Shown here: positions 20,168 to 29,640 of the stretch, piece by piece
How the letters are laid out: every line of letters begins with the position of its first letter
How positions within the stretch are numbered: position 1 is the stretch's first letter
DNA from: an uncultured virus (IMG/VR IMGVR_UViG_3300027708_002678)
Lineage: Duplodnaviria > Heunggongvirae > Uroviricota > Caudoviricetes
IMG/VR virus record: IMGVR_UViG_3300027708_002678
Direction: 5' to 3' (one strand)
Length of the DNA stretch: 64,000 bases
The notes under the pieces: model-generated
What the model was told of the DNA's origin: nothing
The model's input: the letters and a program-made list of their open reading frames with translations, nothing else
The model's database searches: none
Translations under genes and position numbers: made by a program

Positions 20168-21037
20168 ATGATAATTAAATACCCCAATTTATTTCCTGAC
20201 GACCCAGCGTTAAAATTAAACTTTGAAACACTTAACACATCGGACACTCCAAATATTGAATTTCATATTGACCCTAGAAAAGATTTTGTAAGGGAACCTA
20301 ATAAAAAATACATTTGTTTAAATTTAGAATTACCAAATTCTTTTGCCTTAGTTGAAGGTAGAAACGACAATGTTTTCCATTATGAAAATTTATATGATAA
20401 AATTTTAACAATTTGTCCATATACTGTAAAAATAAGAAATAAAGTTTTAGGTAGAGAATTATATCAATATTGTTATTTTCCATCACCGTCATCCTGGAAT
20501 AGAGAAAATGACAAAGAATTTGATATTATATATACAGGGTCCGGTTCAGAGTTTATAATCCCTAATGGTTTTGAAAAATATAATTATAAAGTTATTAATC
20601 AAACTCAATGTAAGTATATTACTGATATGAATGTAGATTTTTCATCAAAGTTAGATTTAATTTCAAAATCAAAAATAACAATCGTTCATAATATCTTAAA
20701 TTTAAATAGATGTGATTTAAATTTTGACACACATAATTATTTTGAATACCGAAGTGAAAAATTAGGTTTCCCGATTCAAACACAGCATAAATCAAGAGTT
20801 ATTGAGGCGGCTAGATGTAAATCACTATTATTATGTAAAGAAGACGATTTTAATTTAATTGAAGACCTTTTTGTTGAAAATGAAGATTTTATTTATTTCA
20901 ATGATGAAAATTTCAATGAAAAAGTTGACCATATTTTAAATAACTATAATGATTACCAATTTATGATTGAAAACTCATTCAATAAAGTTGAAACAAAATA
21001 TAGTATAAAAAATTTTTATAACGATTTAATAAGATGA
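20168..21037 (+). CDS. Putative glycosyltransferase (CgeB/Glyco_trans_1_2-like C-domain)
   Basis: KSRVIEAARCKSLLL...F.ENEDFIYF. Confidence 0.6.
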   Translation: MIIKYPNLFPDDPALKLNFETLNTSDTPNIEFHIDPRKDFVREPNKKYICLNLELPNSFALVEGRNDNVFHYENLYDKILTICPYTVKIRNKVLGRELYQYCYFPSPSSWNRENDKEFDIIYTGSGSEFIIPNGFEKYNYKVINQTQCKYITDMNVDFSSKLDLISKSKITIVHNILNLNRCDLNFDTHNYFEYRSEKLGFPIQTQHKSRVIEAARCKSLLLCKEDDFNLIEDLFVENEDFIYFNDENFNEKVDHILNNYNDYQFMIENSFNKVETKYSIKNFYNDLIR

Positions 21038-21969
21038 ATTTATTTGTAATTACAACAACAATTAATGTTCCGACAAAAGCAACTTTAAAGTTTTGTGAAC
21101 TATCGGAAAAAAAAGATTTTAAATTTATAATAATTGGTGATTTAAAAACCCCTCACGAATTATACAGAAATTTAGAAAAAAAATATAATAATGTGACTTA
21201 TTTATCTCCGGATGAACAAGAAAATTTATATCCTGAAATAAGTGAACTTATAGGATGGAAAACAATACAAAGAAGAAATATTGGATTCATTTATTCTTAT
21301 TTGAATGGTGCTGAAATTGTCGCAACCATTGATGATGATAATATACCTTATGATGAATGGGGAGATAATATCTTAGTAGGTAAAGAAATTGAAGTCGATT
21401 TATTTGAAAACACAGCTTGTGATTACTTTGATGCTTTATCAGTAACAAACCATTCAAATCTTTGGCATAGAGGATATCCAATAGAATATCTTTCTAAAAA
21501 AAATGATGTAGAATATAAAGGTAAAACAACAATAACCCCACTAATTCAAGCAGAATTTTGGGATGGAGACCCGGATATTGACGCCATATGTAGACTAACA
21601 TTGAAACCAATTGTTAAATTTAATAATTTTGAACCGTTTACAACAAACCAATTAACTCCGTTTAATTCTCAAAATACATTTATACATAGAAAAGTATTAA
21701 AGGATTATTCAGTATTTCCAAATATAGGAAGAATGGATGATATTTGGGGGGCATATGTTTTACAAAATTATCATCCTAACTCAATAATTTTCACAAAAGC
21801 TTCAGTATATCAAGAAAGAAACCCCCAAGATTTAGTAAAAAATTTAGAAAACGAAGTCTTTGGGTATAGAAATACATTAAAATTACTAGAAGATTTGGAA
21901 AACTATAAAAATTATTTACCAGAAAATACAAATAAGTATTTTGATGAATATAAACAATATTTTAAATAA
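21034..21969 (+). CDS. STELLO/DUF288-like (GT75/RGP-related) GT-A protein
   Basis: VITTTINVPT, IGDLKTP, RRNIGF, IDDDN, WHRGYP, DPDIDAI, PFNSQNT, RMDDIW. Confidence 0.7.
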   Translation: MNLFVITTTINVPTKATLKFCELSEKKDFKFIIIGDLKTPHELYRNLEKKYNNVTYLSPDEQENLYPEISELIGWKTIQRRNIGFIYSYLNGAEIVATIDDDNIPYDEWGDNILVGKEIEVDLFENTACDYFDALSVTNHSNLWHRGYPIEYLSKKNDVEYKGKTTITPLIQAEFWDGDPDIDAICRLTLKPIVKFNNFEPFTTNQLTPFNSQNTFIHRKVLKDYSVFPNIGRMDDIWGAYVLQNYHPNSIIFTKASVYQERNPQDLVKNLENEVFGYRNTLKLLEDLENYKNYLPENTNKYFDEYKQYFK

Positions 21970-21970
21970 A

Positions 21971-23011
21971 ATGAAAAAAGCACTAATTTTAGGTGGAGGA
22001 GGCTTTATAGGTGGACATTTAGCCAAAAGATTAAAAGAAAACGGATATTACGTTAGAGTTTGTGATATTAAAGAACACGAATATTTCACTAAAGATGAAT
22101 TCTGTAATGAATTTATTTTAGGAGATTTAAGAGACCCTTTAATTGTTTCACAAGTTATGTTTGCTCCCGGACAAACATCCTTAGAAGATAAAGAAAATAG
22201 TTTTGATGAAGTATATCAATTGGCTGCCGATATGGGAGGTGCCGGATATATTTTTACCGGAGATAACGATGCAAATGTTATGCACAACTCCGCGTTGATT
22301 AATTTAAATGTTGTTCATTTTGCATCTAAATTTAATGTGAAGAAAGTATTTTATTCATCATCAGCGTGTATGTATCCGGAACATAATCAATTAGACCCAA
22401 ACAATCCAAATTGTGAAGAAAGTTCTGCATATCCAGCAAATCCTGATTCAGAATATGGTTGGGAAAAATTATTCAGTGAAAGACTATTTTTAGCATTTAA
22501 TCGTAATTACGGTTTAGATGTAAGAATTGCAAGATTCCATAACGTGTTTGGACCTTATGGTACTTGGAATAACGGTAAAGAAAAAGCTCCTGCGGCTATG
22601 TGTAGAAAAGCCGCTGAAACCGCGGATGGTGGAGAATTTGAAGTTTGGGGTGATGGAACTCAAACTCGTTCATTTTTATACATCGATGAATGTTTAGAAG
22701 CGGTCTCAAGATTTATGGAACAAGACTCATTTTTAGGTCCGGTTAACATTGGGTCTGAAGAAATGATTAGTATTAATGATTTGGCAAAAATGGCGATTAA
22801 TATATCTAAAAAATCAATTAAAGTCACTAATATATACGGAGACAAATTTTTTGAAAAATATGGATATAAATGTCCTGTAGGTGTTATGGGTAGAAAATCT
22901 GATAATAATCTATACAAAGAAAAAATAGGTTGGTCTGTTTCAGAACCATTAGAACTTGGAATTAAAAAAACTTTTGAATGGATTCAAACTCAAGTGGAAT
23001 CAAAATTATAG
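21971..23011 (+). CDS. GDP-mannose 3,5-epimerase-like NAD-dependent epimerase
   Basis: GGGGFIG, QLAADMGGAGYI, SSSACMYPE, YGWEK and REKAP-like KEKAPAAMCRK are GME-type motifs. Likely start 21971. Confidence 0.8.
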   Translation: MKKALILGGGGFIGGHLAKRLKENGYYVRVCDIKEHEYFTKDEFCNEFILGDLRDPLIVSQVMFAPGQTSLEDKENSFDEVYQLAADMGGAGYIFTGDNDANVMHNSALINLNVVHFASKFNVKKVFYSSSACMYPEHNQLDPNNPNCEESSAYPANPDSEYGWEKLFSERLFLAFNRNYGLDVRIARFHNVFGPYGTWNNGKEKAPAAMCRKAAETADGGEFEVWGDGTQTRSFLYIDECLEAVSRFMEQDSFLGPVNIGSEEMISINDLAKMAINISKKSIKVTNIYGDKFFEKYGYKCPVGVMGRKSDNNLYKEKIGWSVSEPLELGIKKTFEWIQTQVESKL

Positions 23012-23391
23012 ATAACCCAACGACCTTTGAAGTTGACACTTTTCTAAAAGAAAACTTAGAAGGTCAAAAAAAATTTAGATATTTTGAAAAAAGAGAAACG
23101 TCAATCATAAACAATCACACAAAAAAAATTTTAATCTATATTGATGATACTATTGCAGGGTATGGTCATATTGAATTTGAAGACAAATTTTGGTTAGGTA
23201 TTATGGTTGGTGATAATTTTACAGGTAAAGGTTTGGGTAACATTATAATGGACGAATTATTAAAAAATATTACTCACCCAGTTTTTTTAACTGTTGATAT
23301 CGATAATATCCCGGCAATAAATTTATATACAAAAAAAGGATTTGTTTTTGTGGAAAAAATAAACTATTATTATTTAATGAAAAAAAATTAA
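22978..23391 (+). CDS. GNAT acetyltransferase
   Basis: GKGLG, V..DN..AINLYTKKGF. Confidence 0.8.
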   Translation: MDSNSSGIKIIDNPTTFEVDTFLKENLEGQKKFRYFEKRETSIINNHTKKILIYIDDTIAGYGHIEFEDKFWLGIMVGDNFTGKGLGNIIMDELLKNITHPVFLTVDIDNIPAINLYTKKGFVFVEKINYYYLMKKN

Positions 23392-23394
23392 AAT

Positions 23395-23703
23395 ATGGCA
23401 GATACATTAGGAACTTTAATTGATAAATTAACCACAGTAGATTTAAAAATGTGGAATAATCAAGAATTACTTTATAAGATAAGAAAAATGAACTTTGAAG
23501 AATATAAAGAAAAATATTTTTCATCTGAAGACGGAGCTAAAGAATTATGGGAAACTTTAAAAAAAGCAACAGATTTAAATGTTCAACGAAATCAACTAAT
23601 TAATGAGGTTGATGAAAAAATCATAGAAATGATTAATAACAAATTTGATGGGGGTGATTTAGATAACGGTAAATTTTTACAAAGGTCACATAAAACATAT
23701 TAA
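23395..23703 (+). CDS. Small helical protein, DUF4254-like
   Basis: TLGTLIDKL...LN.QRN.LINE.D pattern. Confidence 0.5.
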   Translation: MADTLGTLIDKLTTVDLKMWNNQELLYKIRKMNFEEYKEKYFSSEDGAKELWETLKKATDLNVQRNQLINEVDEKIIEMINNKFDGGDLDNGKFLQRSHKTY

Positions 23704-23712
23704 AAAAACATA

Positions 23713-24603
23713 ATGCAAAAAGATTTTTTATTTTTAAATTACTCTTGGGTATGGGGGTCAACAACATACTTTAATTACTTCAGAGAAAAAGGTCATACTA
23801 TTGACATTTTTAATGAAACTAACTTACCGACTCATTTAGAACACACATATAAAAATGTTGTTCTTTATTTACACGAAGGGTCAACAATACCTATTACCAA
23901 TCATTTATTAAACAATTATCTTAAAGATTCTTTTTTAATACAGCACGATGATACCGATGAAGAACAAATACAAGTTTGGTCAAACAGAAAACCTGACTTA
24001 TATATGCAAAGAGAATTAACTAAAGACACTATAATTAATTCAAATACTCCGGTAATACCTTTCCATTTTCCAATGAAAAGTATTTTTGATGAAAAATTAA
24101 ATGAAGAAAAAATATACGATGTTTCTTTTGTCGCAAATATGACCAATCAAAGACGATGGAAATTTGTTGACTATATTATTGAACTATCTAAGAATGAATT
24201 AAGTCATTTAAATTGGTATATCGATGTTAAAGGTGCGGATTATACACCGGGTCACGCAACTGAAAATTTTAAATCAGTTACAAATAAATCTAAAATTGGT
24301 CTTCATTATTTTGGAAACTCATATGACTCAACAAGAATATGGGAAATATTATCGTGTAAAACTGCGTTATTAATGCCAAAAATGAGAAATTTATCAGTAT
24401 CTGATGATTTTATGCCATTAAAAAATTACACAGTTTTTAACGATGATATGAGTGATTTAAAAGATAAAATTTTAGAATTATTAGATTCTGACAATTATAT
24501 TAAAAAAGCTGAAGAAGGTTTTAATGAATATAATTCATACCATAATGTTGAAAAATCTTGTGAATATTACTATAACCAAATTATGAAATATTGTAAAAAA
24601 TGA
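23713..24603 (+). CDS. Putative glycosyltransferase (CgeB-like)
   Basis: YDVSFVA, SKIGL...STRIWEILSC. Confidence 0.6.
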   Translation: MQKDFLFLNYSWVWGSTTYFNYFREKGHTIDIFNETNLPTHLEHTYKNVVLYLHEGSTIPITNHLLNNYLKDSFLIQHDDTDEEQIQVWSNRKPDLYMQRELTKDTIINSNTPVIPFHFPMKSIFDEKLNEEKIYDVSFVANMTNQRRWKFVDYIIELSKNELSHLNWYIDVKGADYTPGHATENFKSVTNKSKIGLHYFGNSYDSTRIWEILSCKTALLMPKMRNLSVSDDFMPLKNYTVFNDDMSDLKDKILELLDSDNYIKKAEEGFNEYNSYHNVEKSCEYYYNQIMKYCKK

Positions 24604-25688
24604 TTCCAATATACAAACCATATTTAAATAAAAATATTACAAAATTTGCACATAACGCAATTGATTCTACTTGGATATCTTCTCAAGGATATTTCTTAGA
24701 TGCTGCTAAAGAAAAATTAAAAGAATTACTTGATGTTAAATACGTCATTTTAACTAATAACGGTACAACAGCAACACATTTATTATCTAAATCAATTGAA
24801 TATAAAAACAAAAATATCAAGAAAATTATTTGTCCAAATAACGTATATGTGGCGGCTTGGAATTCTTTTTTATATGATAAAAATTTAGAATTAATTCCAT
24901 TAGATTGTAATTCAGATACTTGGAATGCGGATTTTACAAAAATTAATGAAGTACAGGATGATGAAGCTGTTTTAATTGTTCATAATTTAGGTAACATAAT
25001 AAACGTACCTGAGTTAAAATTAAAATACCCAAATACGTTATTTGTTGAGGATAATTGTGAAGGGTTTCTTGGTAAATATAATGACAAATATTCCGGAACA
25101 GAAAGTCTTTGTTCTTCAGTTTCTTTTTTTGGTAATAAAACAATAACAAGTGGTGAAGGAGGGTGTTTTATAACTAATGATGATGACGTTTTTGATTATA
25201 TCAATAATATTAGAAATCAAGGACAATCAGACGTAAAATTTATTCATAACAATTTAGGTTATAACTATAGGATGACAAATATCCAAGCATCTTTATTATA
25301 TGGTCAATTACTTTATATTGATGAAATAGTTGAAAAGAAAAAAATAATATTTGACAGATATTATTCAAATCTTAAAAATTTAGATAATGTCTTCTTTCAA
25401 AAACAAGAAGAAAATACGGAACATTCAAATTGGATGTTTTCAGTTGGTTTTAAAGATTTAACAGAAAATCAAAAAATAAAACTACAACATTTTTTATTTG
25501 ATAAAAAAATTGAAACTAGAACTATGTTTTATGAAATAACAAAACATAATCATTTAAAAAATATTGAATGCGTTACAACTATTGCCGAAAAACTTAATAA
25601 AGAAGTTTTATTATTACCTAGCTACCCTGATTTAACTATAAATCAAGTTGACTATATTTGTGAAAGTGTAAAAAAATTTTTTAAATGA
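24600..25688 (+). CDS. DegT/DnrJ PLP aminotransferase, perosamine synthase-like
   Basis: WISSQG, NGTTA, EDNCE, SFFGNKTITSGEGG, GYNYRMTNIQA, LPS. Confidence 0.85.
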   Translation: MIPIYKPYLNKNITKFAHNAIDSTWISSQGYFLDAAKEKLKELLDVKYVILTNNGTTATHLLSKSIEYKNKNIKKIICPNNVYVAAWNSFLYDKNLELIPLDCNSDTWNADFTKINEVQDDEAVLIVHNLGNIINVPELKLKYPNTLFVEDNCEGFLGKYNDKYSGTESLCSSVSFFGNKTITSGEGGCFITNDDDVFDYINNIRNQGQSDVKFIHNNLGYNYRMTNIQASLLYGQLLYIDEIVEKKKIIFDRYYSNLKNLDNVFFQKQEENTEHSNWMFSVGFKDLTENQKIKLQHFLFDKKIETRTMFYEITKHNHLKNIECVTTIAEKLNKEVLLLPSYPDLTINQVDYICESVKKFFK

Positions 25689-26128
25689 TACTAATATCTC
25701 ACAGAGGAAATATAAATGGTAAAAATCCAACAAGAGAAAATTCACCGGATTATATTATGGAAACAATATCTATGGGATATGATGTGGAAATAGATATATG
25801 GTTAATAGATAACGATTTATTTTTAGGACACGATAATCCACAATATAAAATTGATATTGATTGGTTAAAAAACAATTCAAATAAATTTTGGATTCATTGT
25901 AAAAATATAGAATCATTATTGTTTTTTAAAAAAAATAATTTTGATTTAAATTATTTTTGGCACGAAAATGATAAAGTAGTCTTAACATCTAAAAAAAATT
26001 TATGGGCATATCCTACAGAAAAATTTCATAGTGGAACAATAGCAGTATTACCTGAGTTATTAAATTCTATTGTAGATGATTGTGAAGGAATTTGTTCAGA
26101 TTTTATTATAAATTATAACAAAAAATAA
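25685..26128 (+). CDS. GDPD/PI-PLC-like phosphodiesterase fold protein
   Basis: ISHRGN, EN, DVEID, LGHD, GICSD. Confidence 0.6.
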   Translation: MILISHRGNINGKNPTRENSPDYIMETISMGYDVEIDIWLIDNDLFLGHDNPQYKIDIDWLKNNSNKFWIHCKNIESLLFFKKNNFDLNYFWHENDKVVLTSKKNLWAYPTEKFHSGTIAVLPELLNSIVDDCEGICSDFIINYNKK

Positions 26129-26130
26129 TT

Positions 26131-27036
26131 ATGGAAAAAAAAATATTAGTAACCGGAGGTAATGGTTTAGTTGGGTCATCAATTAATTCTGATATTAAAA
26201 TTGGAAAACAATATGATTTACGTAACACACAAGAAACAAATAAAATGTTTGACTATTATAAACCAACTCACGTTATTCATTGTGCAGGTAAAGTAGGGGG
26301 CCTTAGTGCAAATATGAATTATAAAGGTGAATTCTTTTATGATAATATAATGATTAATACGAATGTCATTGAATCCGCAAGATTACATAATGTTAAAAAA
26401 TTAGTATCATTTTTATCTACCTGTATATTTCCGGACAATATTGAATACCCTTTAACTGAAAAAAAAATTCATATAGGAGAACCTCATTTCTCTAATTACC
26501 CATACGCTTACGCTAAAAGAATGGCGGACATTCAAATCAGAGCTTATAGAGAACAATATGGGTTAGAATATGTTTCAGTTATACCAACTAACATTTACGG
26601 ACCTAACGATAATTTTTCATTAGATAATGGTCACGTAATCCCTATGTTATTACATAAAATGTATAAAGCTCAAAGAGATAATACGGATTTTATTGTTTGG
26701 GGTAGTGGTAAACCTCTTAGAGAATTTATTTATTCTAAAGATGTTGGAAGATTATCTGAATGGGCTTTAGATAACTACAATGAATCAGAACCAATAATTT
26801 TTAGTAATTCAGAAGAAATTAGTATTGAAGACTTAGTTGACTTATTAGTAAAAGAATTTAACTTTAAAGGAAATGTAATATTTGATAAAACAAAACCTGA
26901 TGGTCAATTTAGAAAACCATCTGATAATTCAAAGTTAAAATCATACTTACCTAATTTTGAATTCACCCCGATAGAACAAGGATTAAAAGAAACGATTAAT
27001 TGGTTTATAGAAAATTATGAAAACACAAGAAAATAA
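26131..27036 (+). CDS. fcl: GDP-L-fucose synthase
   Basis: GGNGLVG, AGKVGG, STCIFP, YAYAKR, NIYGPNDNF, WGSGKPLREF, KPDG. Confidence 0.9.
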   Translation: MEKKILVTGGNGLVGSSINSDIKIGKQYDLRNTQETNKMFDYYKPTHVIHCAGKVGGLSANMNYKGEFFYDNIMINTNVIESARLHNVKKLVSFLSTCIFPDNIEYPLTEKKIHIGEPHFSNYPYAYAKRMADIQIRAYREQYGLEYVSVIPTNIYGPNDNFSLDNGHVIPMLLHKMYKAQRDNTDFIVWGSGKPLREFIYSKDVGRLSEWALDNYNESEPIIFSNSEEISIEDLVDLLVKEFNFKGNVIFDKTKPDGQFRKPSDNSKLKSYLPNFEFTPIEQGLKETINWFIENYENTRK

Positions 27037-28006
27037 AATTGCATTAATTACTGGAATAAACGGACAAGATGGGTCTTATCTTGCGGAATTTTTATTAGAA
27101 AAAGGTTATGAAGTTCACGGAACTTTAAAAAGAAATTCTGTCGCTGAAAATCAAACATCAAGATTAGATGATGTTTATACTAAAATTAAATTACATTATG
27201 CCGATTTAACTGATTTGTCATCATTGATAAATGTTATCCAAAAAGTTAACCCTGATGAGATATATAATTTAGCTGCACAATCTCACGTTAGGATTTCATT
27301 TGACCAACCTCTTTACACAACAAACGTTACAGGTGTTGGGACTTTAAATCTATTGGAGGCGGTTAAATTAATAAAGCCAAATACTAAAATTTATCAAGCA
27401 TCTTCTTCCGAAATGTTTGGTAATTCAATAGATGAAGATGGGTATCAAAGAGAAACTACACCAATGAATCCGGTATCCCCATATGGATGTTCTAAAGTAT
27501 TTAGTTACAACATTTGTCGTAACTATAGAAATTCTTATGGAATGTTTATCTCAAACGGTATTTTATTTAATCACGAATCACCAAGAAGAGGTACTAATTT
27601 TGTCACCAACAAAGTATGTAAAGAAGCCGTTAAAATTAAACTTGGTTTATCAAATGAACTTAAACTAGGTAACTTAGATGCGTCTCGAGATTGGGGTCAC
27701 GCCAAAGATTATGTTAAGGCAATGTGGCAAATCCTACAATTAGAAACCTCTGACGATTTTGTTTGTTCTACAGGTATATCACATTCAGTACAAGATTTAT
27801 GTGAATATGTATTTGGTAAGCTAGATTTAGATTGGAAATTATATGTCACACAAGATGAAAAATTTTTAAGACCGGAAGAATTACATAATTTAAAAGGTGA
27901 TTCCTCAAAATTAATTAAAGCCACAGGTTGGTCTCACGACTATACCTTTGAAAGTATGTTAGACGAAATGATAGAACATTGGTTAAACTACTATAAACAA
28001 CAATAA
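27017..28006 (+). CDS. gmd: GDP-mannose 4,6-dehydratase
   Basis: ALITGINGQDGSYL, LAAQSHV, QASSSEMFG, LFNHESPRRG, RDWGHAKDY. Confidence 0.95.
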   Translation: MKTQENKIALITGINGQDGSYLAEFLLEKGYEVHGTLKRNSVAENQTSRLDDVYTKIKLHYADLTDLSSLINVIQKVNPDEIYNLAAQSHVRISFDQPLYTTNVTGVGTLNLLEAVKLIKPNTKIYQASSSEMFGNSIDEDGYQRETTPMNPVSPYGCSKVFSYNICRNYRNSYGMFISNGILFNHESPRRGTNFVTNKVCKEAVKIKLGLSNELKLGNLDASRDWGHAKDYVKAMWQILQLETSDDFVCSTGISHSVQDLCEYVFGKLDLDWKLYVTQDEKFLRPEELHNLKGDSSKLIKATGWSHDYTFESMLDEMIEHWLNYYKQQ

Positions 28007-28013
28007 TTAAAAA

Positions 28014-28787
28014 ATGGCTGTAAGCAAAAGAAAACCAACCACAACACCAACTCCGGAAGTAACCGGTAAACCAATAAATAAAAAAGATTTAATTGGTCAA
28101 ATAATAAAGAAAAAAACTAAGGAAAAGTTTTTAACTGCAAATCAAAAAAAGTATTACGATACTTTAATCGATAGTGAAATAACAGTTTGTTCAGGACCCG
28201 CAGGTGTTGGTAAAAGTTACATAACAATGAAAGCGGCAATTGACTTACTTTCAGATTCTACAACACCTTACGAAAAAATAATAATTGTTAGACCAGCGGT
28301 TGAAGCTGAAGAAAAATTAGGTTCATTACCAGGTAATGTTGAAGAGAAGTTAGACCCATATATTTTCCCATCATATTATTTATTAAATAAAATAATTGGT
28401 AAAGAAGCTAGGGAAAAATTAAAAGAGATTGAAGTTATTGAAGTATTTGCATTAGCATTTATGAGAGGTATGAATATTGATAATTCAATATTAATTTTTG
28501 AAGAGGGTCAAAACGCAACCCCAAGTCAAATGAAATTACTTTTAACACGTATTGGGTTTAATAGTAAATTTTTCATCTCAGGTGACGTTGAGCAATCAGA
28601 TAAATATAAAAACAAAACCCATAGTGGATTATGGGACGCAATTGAAAAATTTAGAGATAGTAACTACATCTCAATATTTGAATTTAAAGACAAAAAGGAT
28701 ATTGTTAGAAACCCATTAATCAGTAAGATATTAAGTAAATACGATAACGTAGAAGATGACAAAGATGAGGATAGCAATAGAAATTAA
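28014..28787 (+). CDS. phoH: PhoH-family ATPase
   Basis: GPAGVGKS, RPAVE...LGSLPG, FMRG, EGQN, GDVEQSD, DIVRNP. Confidence 0.9.
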   Translation: MAVSKRKPTTTPTPEVTGKPINKKDLIGQIIKKKTKEKFLTANQKKYYDTLIDSEITVCSGPAGVGKSYITMKAAIDLLSDSTTPYEKIIIVRPAVEAEEKLGSLPGNVEEKLDPYIFPSYYLLNKIIGKEAREKLKEIEVIEVFALAFMRGMNIDNSILIFEEGQNATPSQMKLLLTRIGFNSKFFISGDVEQSDKYKNKTHSGLWDAIEKFRDSNYISIFEFKDKKDIVRNPLISKILSKYDNVEDDKDEDSNRN

Positions 28788-29361
28788 TGGGGTATTAAGA
28801 AATACCTTAGATAAGATAGAACAAACCTATCAAAAATATATGATAGATAAAACAGACGGGTTAGAAGATGAAGAATCTTTTAAATATGAAATTACCCCAC
28901 CCATCAATAGTTTAAATCTTAGGAATCATTTTAAATTTCAAAACGATGAAGAATTATATTCATTTTTATATGAAGAATTTCCGATGGAAATTTTTGGACA
29001 TTCACAATCAACCGAATATTCAACCTTCAACGATTTAAATGAAATATATTTAAATTTAAGAGATAATCACGATATATTAATAGTGTCTGACGAAATTGGA
29101 AAATCAAAACCGGCGTCTTTATTTTTCCTATCAAAGTTTGGATGTTTGATAGAAAAAGTAAAATTTTATAGTAATTCCACAATAAATTCGATGTGGGATG
29201 AAATTGATGTTTTACTTACGTCAAACCCTGCACTATTATTAGAACATCCGGATGATAAAATAATTATAAAATATCAAACGGAATATAATAAACATATCGA
29301 ATCAAATAATTCAATAACAACGATTAAAGAATTAGAATTTGAATTAACAAAATTTACATAA
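28756..29361 (+). CDS. HAD-fold 5'-nucleotidase-like protein with degenerate motif I
   Basis: RIAIEINGVLRN where DxDGVL would be expected. Confidence 0.5.
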   Translation: MTKMRIAIEINGVLRNTLDKIEQTYQKYMIDKTDGLEDEESFKYEITPPINSLNLRNHFKFQNDEELYSFLYEEFPMEIFGHSQSTEYSTFNDLNEIYLNLRDNHDILIVSDEIGKSKPASLFFLSKFGCLIEKVKFYSNSTINSMWDEIDVLLTSNPALLLEHPDDKIIIKYQTEYNKHIESNNSITTIKELEFELTKFT

Positions 29362-29639
29362 TGTTAAAAGTATTAGGAGAAAATTATTATTTGGATTTAG
29401 ACAAAATAGACGATTATGTCCAAATTAAAGGTGAAAAAGTAGTTTCATCAGGTGTTACAGAATCAGCACATATCAGTATCATAAAATATGAAACAGTTAA
29501 ATTAATGATGGAAATCATTATGGATGAACCGGAAGAAATTGATGAAACACTTGGGGCTAAAGGAACAAATAACTTATCAATACCATTTAAAATTGCGTTT
29601 AATACGCTACTATATAAAAAATTACTAAACAAATTATAA
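29361..29639 (+). CDS. Hypothetical protein
   Basis: 92 aa translationally coupled ORF. Confidence 0.65.
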   Translation: MLKVLGENYYLDLDKIDDYVQIKGEKVVSSGVTESAHISIIKYETVKLMMEIIMDEPEEIDETLGAKGTNNLSIPFKIAFNTLLYKKLLNKL

Positions 29640-29640
29640 T

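Noticed and set aside
8295..28006. Bacterial O-antigen/capsule locus or eukaryotic giant-virus origin
   Set aside because: Contiguous with T4-like capsid, portal and terminase genes; no recognisable wzx/wzy/wzz or NCLDV core genes.
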